From the IMG/VR virus record IMGVR_UViG_3300037258_000145, positions 1-64,000 of that record: DNA of 64,000 bases; one strand, written 5' to 3'. Shown piece by piece: positions 62,249 to 64,000 of the stretch (position 1 is its first letter; the number at the start of each line of letters is the position of its first letter). The translations under genes were made by a program, and so were the position numbers. Source of the stretch: a virus. A model generated the notes under the pieces. The model saw nothing but the letters and a program-made list of their open reading frames with translations, did no database searches and was not told where the DNA came from.

Positions 62249-62448
62249 TTCAGCACCAGCGTGACTGTCGGGTCCAGGTGAGCTACCACGCCGTGGGTTT
62301 CGATGGCGCAAAACAAGGCGTCGGTCTCGGTCCAGAAGTGTTGCTTGTGCAGGTCAGGAGCCCCGACGTCGTAGGTGACCTCCCATTCTGGAGCGGTGAA
62401 AGTTATGGTCTTGCGCCCGTCCTCTGTTTTGCCGCGAACAATCTTCAC
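62245..62448 (-). CDS. hypothetical protein
   Basis: GTGA-coupled at both ends. Confidence 0.55.
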   Translation of the reverse strand: MKIVRGKTEDGRKTITFTAPEWEVTYDVGAPDLHKQHFWTETDALFCAIETHGVVAHLDPTVTLVLK

Positions 62449-62981
62449 AGCGGCACCACGGCGGCCTGGGCAGCCAGTTCCTTGTAGCGCACGTCTTCCC
62501 ACATGCGACGGAAGGTGGCCTCGATTGTGTCGGGGACTTCCCCCTTCCACGAGGCGTAGTAGGAACCTTTCGGAGCGCCGCTCCTGTCGAGCCAGTAGTC
62601 GATGCGGTCTCGGACGATTAGCGCCCGCCAGTGCTCGCAGGACTCACATTCCGGCTCGTCCTTCGTCCATGTCAGGCCCAGTTCCCGGTAAATCTCTTCG
62701 CAACCGTTCAGACCGTTGATCAGCTCGGAGTCGAGCAGGTTGAGCACAAGGCAAAGGTCGGCCTCGTCGGCTGTGCGCCACCGGGACTTGATTGGCTGGC
62801 GTCGCTTCTCGAAGCGCTGAAGAGCGGCCAAGGTGTCCCGCTCCCAATCCTGCGGCTCCGCGCCCAAGAGCACGTCGGGATCGTCCACGTAAAGGCTCAA
62901 GCAGGCGATGACGGCCTCAAACAAGTCGGCGGGCACGCGCACTCGCACACCACGTCGCCCGAAGCGAAGCAACTGGCTCAT
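62445..62981 (-). CDS. hypothetical protein
   Basis: ATGA-coupled to a 13-aa leader ORF (62978..63019). Confidence 0.6.
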   Translation of the reverse strand: MSQLLRFGRRGVRVRVPADLFEAVIACLSLYVDDPDVLLGAEPQDWERDTLAALQRFEKRRQPIKSRWRTADEADLCLVLNLLDSELINGLNGCEEIYRELGLTWTKDEPECESCEHWRALIVRDRIDYWLDRSGAPKGSYYASWKGEVPDTIEATFRRMWEDVRYKELAAQAAVVPL

Positions 62982-63020
62982 TCGCGCTCCCACTCTGAAG
63001 CGGAGAAGGTGCGGGTCACG

Positions 63021-63034
63021 AAAGGAAGCTTAGC
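63021..63034 (-). promoter_or_regulatory. promoter motif C (leaderless)
   Basis: GCTAAGCTTCCTTT followed by C-GTG. Confidence 0.65.
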
Positions 63035-63623
63035 ATGAGCGGTACTCCAGTCGGACCGTCCCGGATATCCTCTTGCCGTCCGCTCCCCTGACATTGAGCG
63101 CGTCGCCGAGTACCCATGTGCCCGGTTTGGTCTCGTTCAGGGCCACGGTCAGGAGCCTAAGCGCCTCTCCGCTGGTGACCATTTTCTCGGTAAATCGGAG
63201 CGTTCTCCAACCGAGCGCCGCGGCGTTTGATTGCTTGAGGCTGTCGTTCTCCACTCCCAGGCCCCGGACGTGCGCGCCGTCGGAGTAAGTACCGCCGTCG
63301 ACTTCGGCTAGGACGCCGTGATCGGGCCAAGCGAAGTCCCAGCGCCAGCGCTTGCCTGTAGCGGCCAGGGCGGCCTTGTACTGACGCGTGGGGGCAGGGA
63401 GACGGGCCATCTTGATCTGAGCCGCCAGGGCGTCCTCCAGCTTGTCTCTGTCGGCTTTGGCTACTGCTCGGCATAGCTCGTCATTGGCTGGTGTTGGTAC
63501 GGCTTTCAGGCCACAGCAAGGCGGGTTGCACTTCACTGCCGGGTTTTTGTGGTGGGGACAGTCGCACTTCTCGGCTAGTGCCGTGGGAGCGGACGGGCGG
63601 CGGTTTGGGGGATAGCGGGTCAC
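63030..63623 (-). CDS. Vsr/DUF559-like PD-(D/E)XK endonuclease
   Basis: RWRWDFAWP....AEVDGG....G.H......D..K...A..LGW..LRFT. Confidence 0.85.
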   Translation of the reverse strand: MTRYPPNRRPSAPTALAEKCDCPHHKNPAVKCNPPCCGLKAVPTPANDELCRAVAKADRDKLEDALAAQIKMARLPAPTRQYKAALAATGKRWRWDFAWPDHGVLAEVDGGTYSDGAHVRGLGVENDSLKQSNAAALGWRTLRFTEKMVTSGEALRLLTVALNETKPGTWVLGDALNVRGADGKRISGTVRLEYRSC

Positions 63624-63901
63624 ATCGGACCCGTTTTGGATTCGCGGCTGAGCGAGATCGACCAGACCGGATCGCTGTTCCCGTTGCCGTAGCTGAGCGC
63701 TATGAACTCGATCGGACGGCTCTCGTCGATCACCAGATATGGACGATTGAGGTTCGACAGGTCAAGTTCGGCGTGCCAGTGCTTGCCCTTCCACTCCCAA
63801 CGCCAGCGGTCTAACCAGTGCTCGACGCAGTAGCCGAAGATGGCGCGGTGATGACAGCGATAGCCCGGCGCCCAGGCCATAGTGTGGCAACAGCCGATCA
63901 C
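63620..63901 (-). CDS. hypothetical protein
   Basis: Coupled ORF. Confidence 0.45.
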   Translation of the reverse strand: MIGCCHTMAWAPGYRCHHRAIFGYCVEHWLDRWRWEWKGKHWHAELDLSNLNRPYLVIDESRPIEFIALSYGNGNSDPVWSISLSRESKTGPM

Positions 63902-64000
63902 TTCACAGCCCTCAGGTAGTCAGCCCTCCAACGCTTGCGAGCCTTGATGAGCGCCTTGACACCGGGCTCGTCTTGACGCTGCTGGAGGTAGTCGTACATG

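Noticed and set aside
1-64000. CRISPR array interpretation of palindromes A and B
   Set aside because: Copies are kilobases apart, with no repeat-spacer periodicity and no cas genes
1-64000. Most plus-strand and alternative-frame ORFs in the track
   Set aside because: Shadow ORFs of GC-rich minus-strand genes: Arg/Pro/Gly-rich or antisense-like composition, no RBS or coupling
1-64000. Genome-wide stop-codon reassignment
   Set aside because: Long genes are intact under the standard code and TAA, TAG and TGA all terminate genes; only one local TGA (32591) is suspicious
1-64000. tRNA/rRNA genes, integrase, reverse transcriptase/DGR
   Set aside because: No cloverleaf or T-loop signature, tyrosine/serine recombinase or RT motifs recognised by eye, and no adenine-specific TR/VR repeat pair; a tRNAscan run would still be worthwhile

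Overview
This window is 64 kb of a high-GC tailed phage or prophage. Actinobacterial-type features include many leaderless genes, GTGA/ATGA-coupled small ORFs and actinophage-like virion proteins. Almost everything is on the minus strand. From right to left: a Vsr-like nuclease, an SF2 helicase with a DNA methyltransferase, terminase large subunit, and a 1.3-kaa portal-MuF-Nudix-ParB-like fusion. Then an HNH endonuclease, about 9 kb of small accessory genes, prohead protease/scaffold, major capsid protein, a second free-standing endonuclease and head-tail connectors. Then about 13 kb of tail fibre/adhesin modules (beta-helices, GH16), tail tube, frameshifted tail chaperones, tape measure, LamG tail-tip protein, baseplate hub, a lysis cassette and an ASCH gene. 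The most striking signal: terminase, prohead protease, capsid, tail tube, three large fibres and a membrane protein have no in-frame ATG/GTG/TTG at their apparent N-termini, and a further small tail gene has the same signal internally. These sites all read CAT-CTG in frame, usually right after a GGAGG-like SD, which suggests systematic CUG initiation of late genes. Also notable: two families of dispersed, co-oriented GC palindromes; endonuclease genes beside synonymously recoded 3' ends of portal and capsid; a +1 (UCC_UUU_C) tail-chaperone frameshift; and genes flanked by direct repeats. All product calls come from motif recognition by eye, not database searches.
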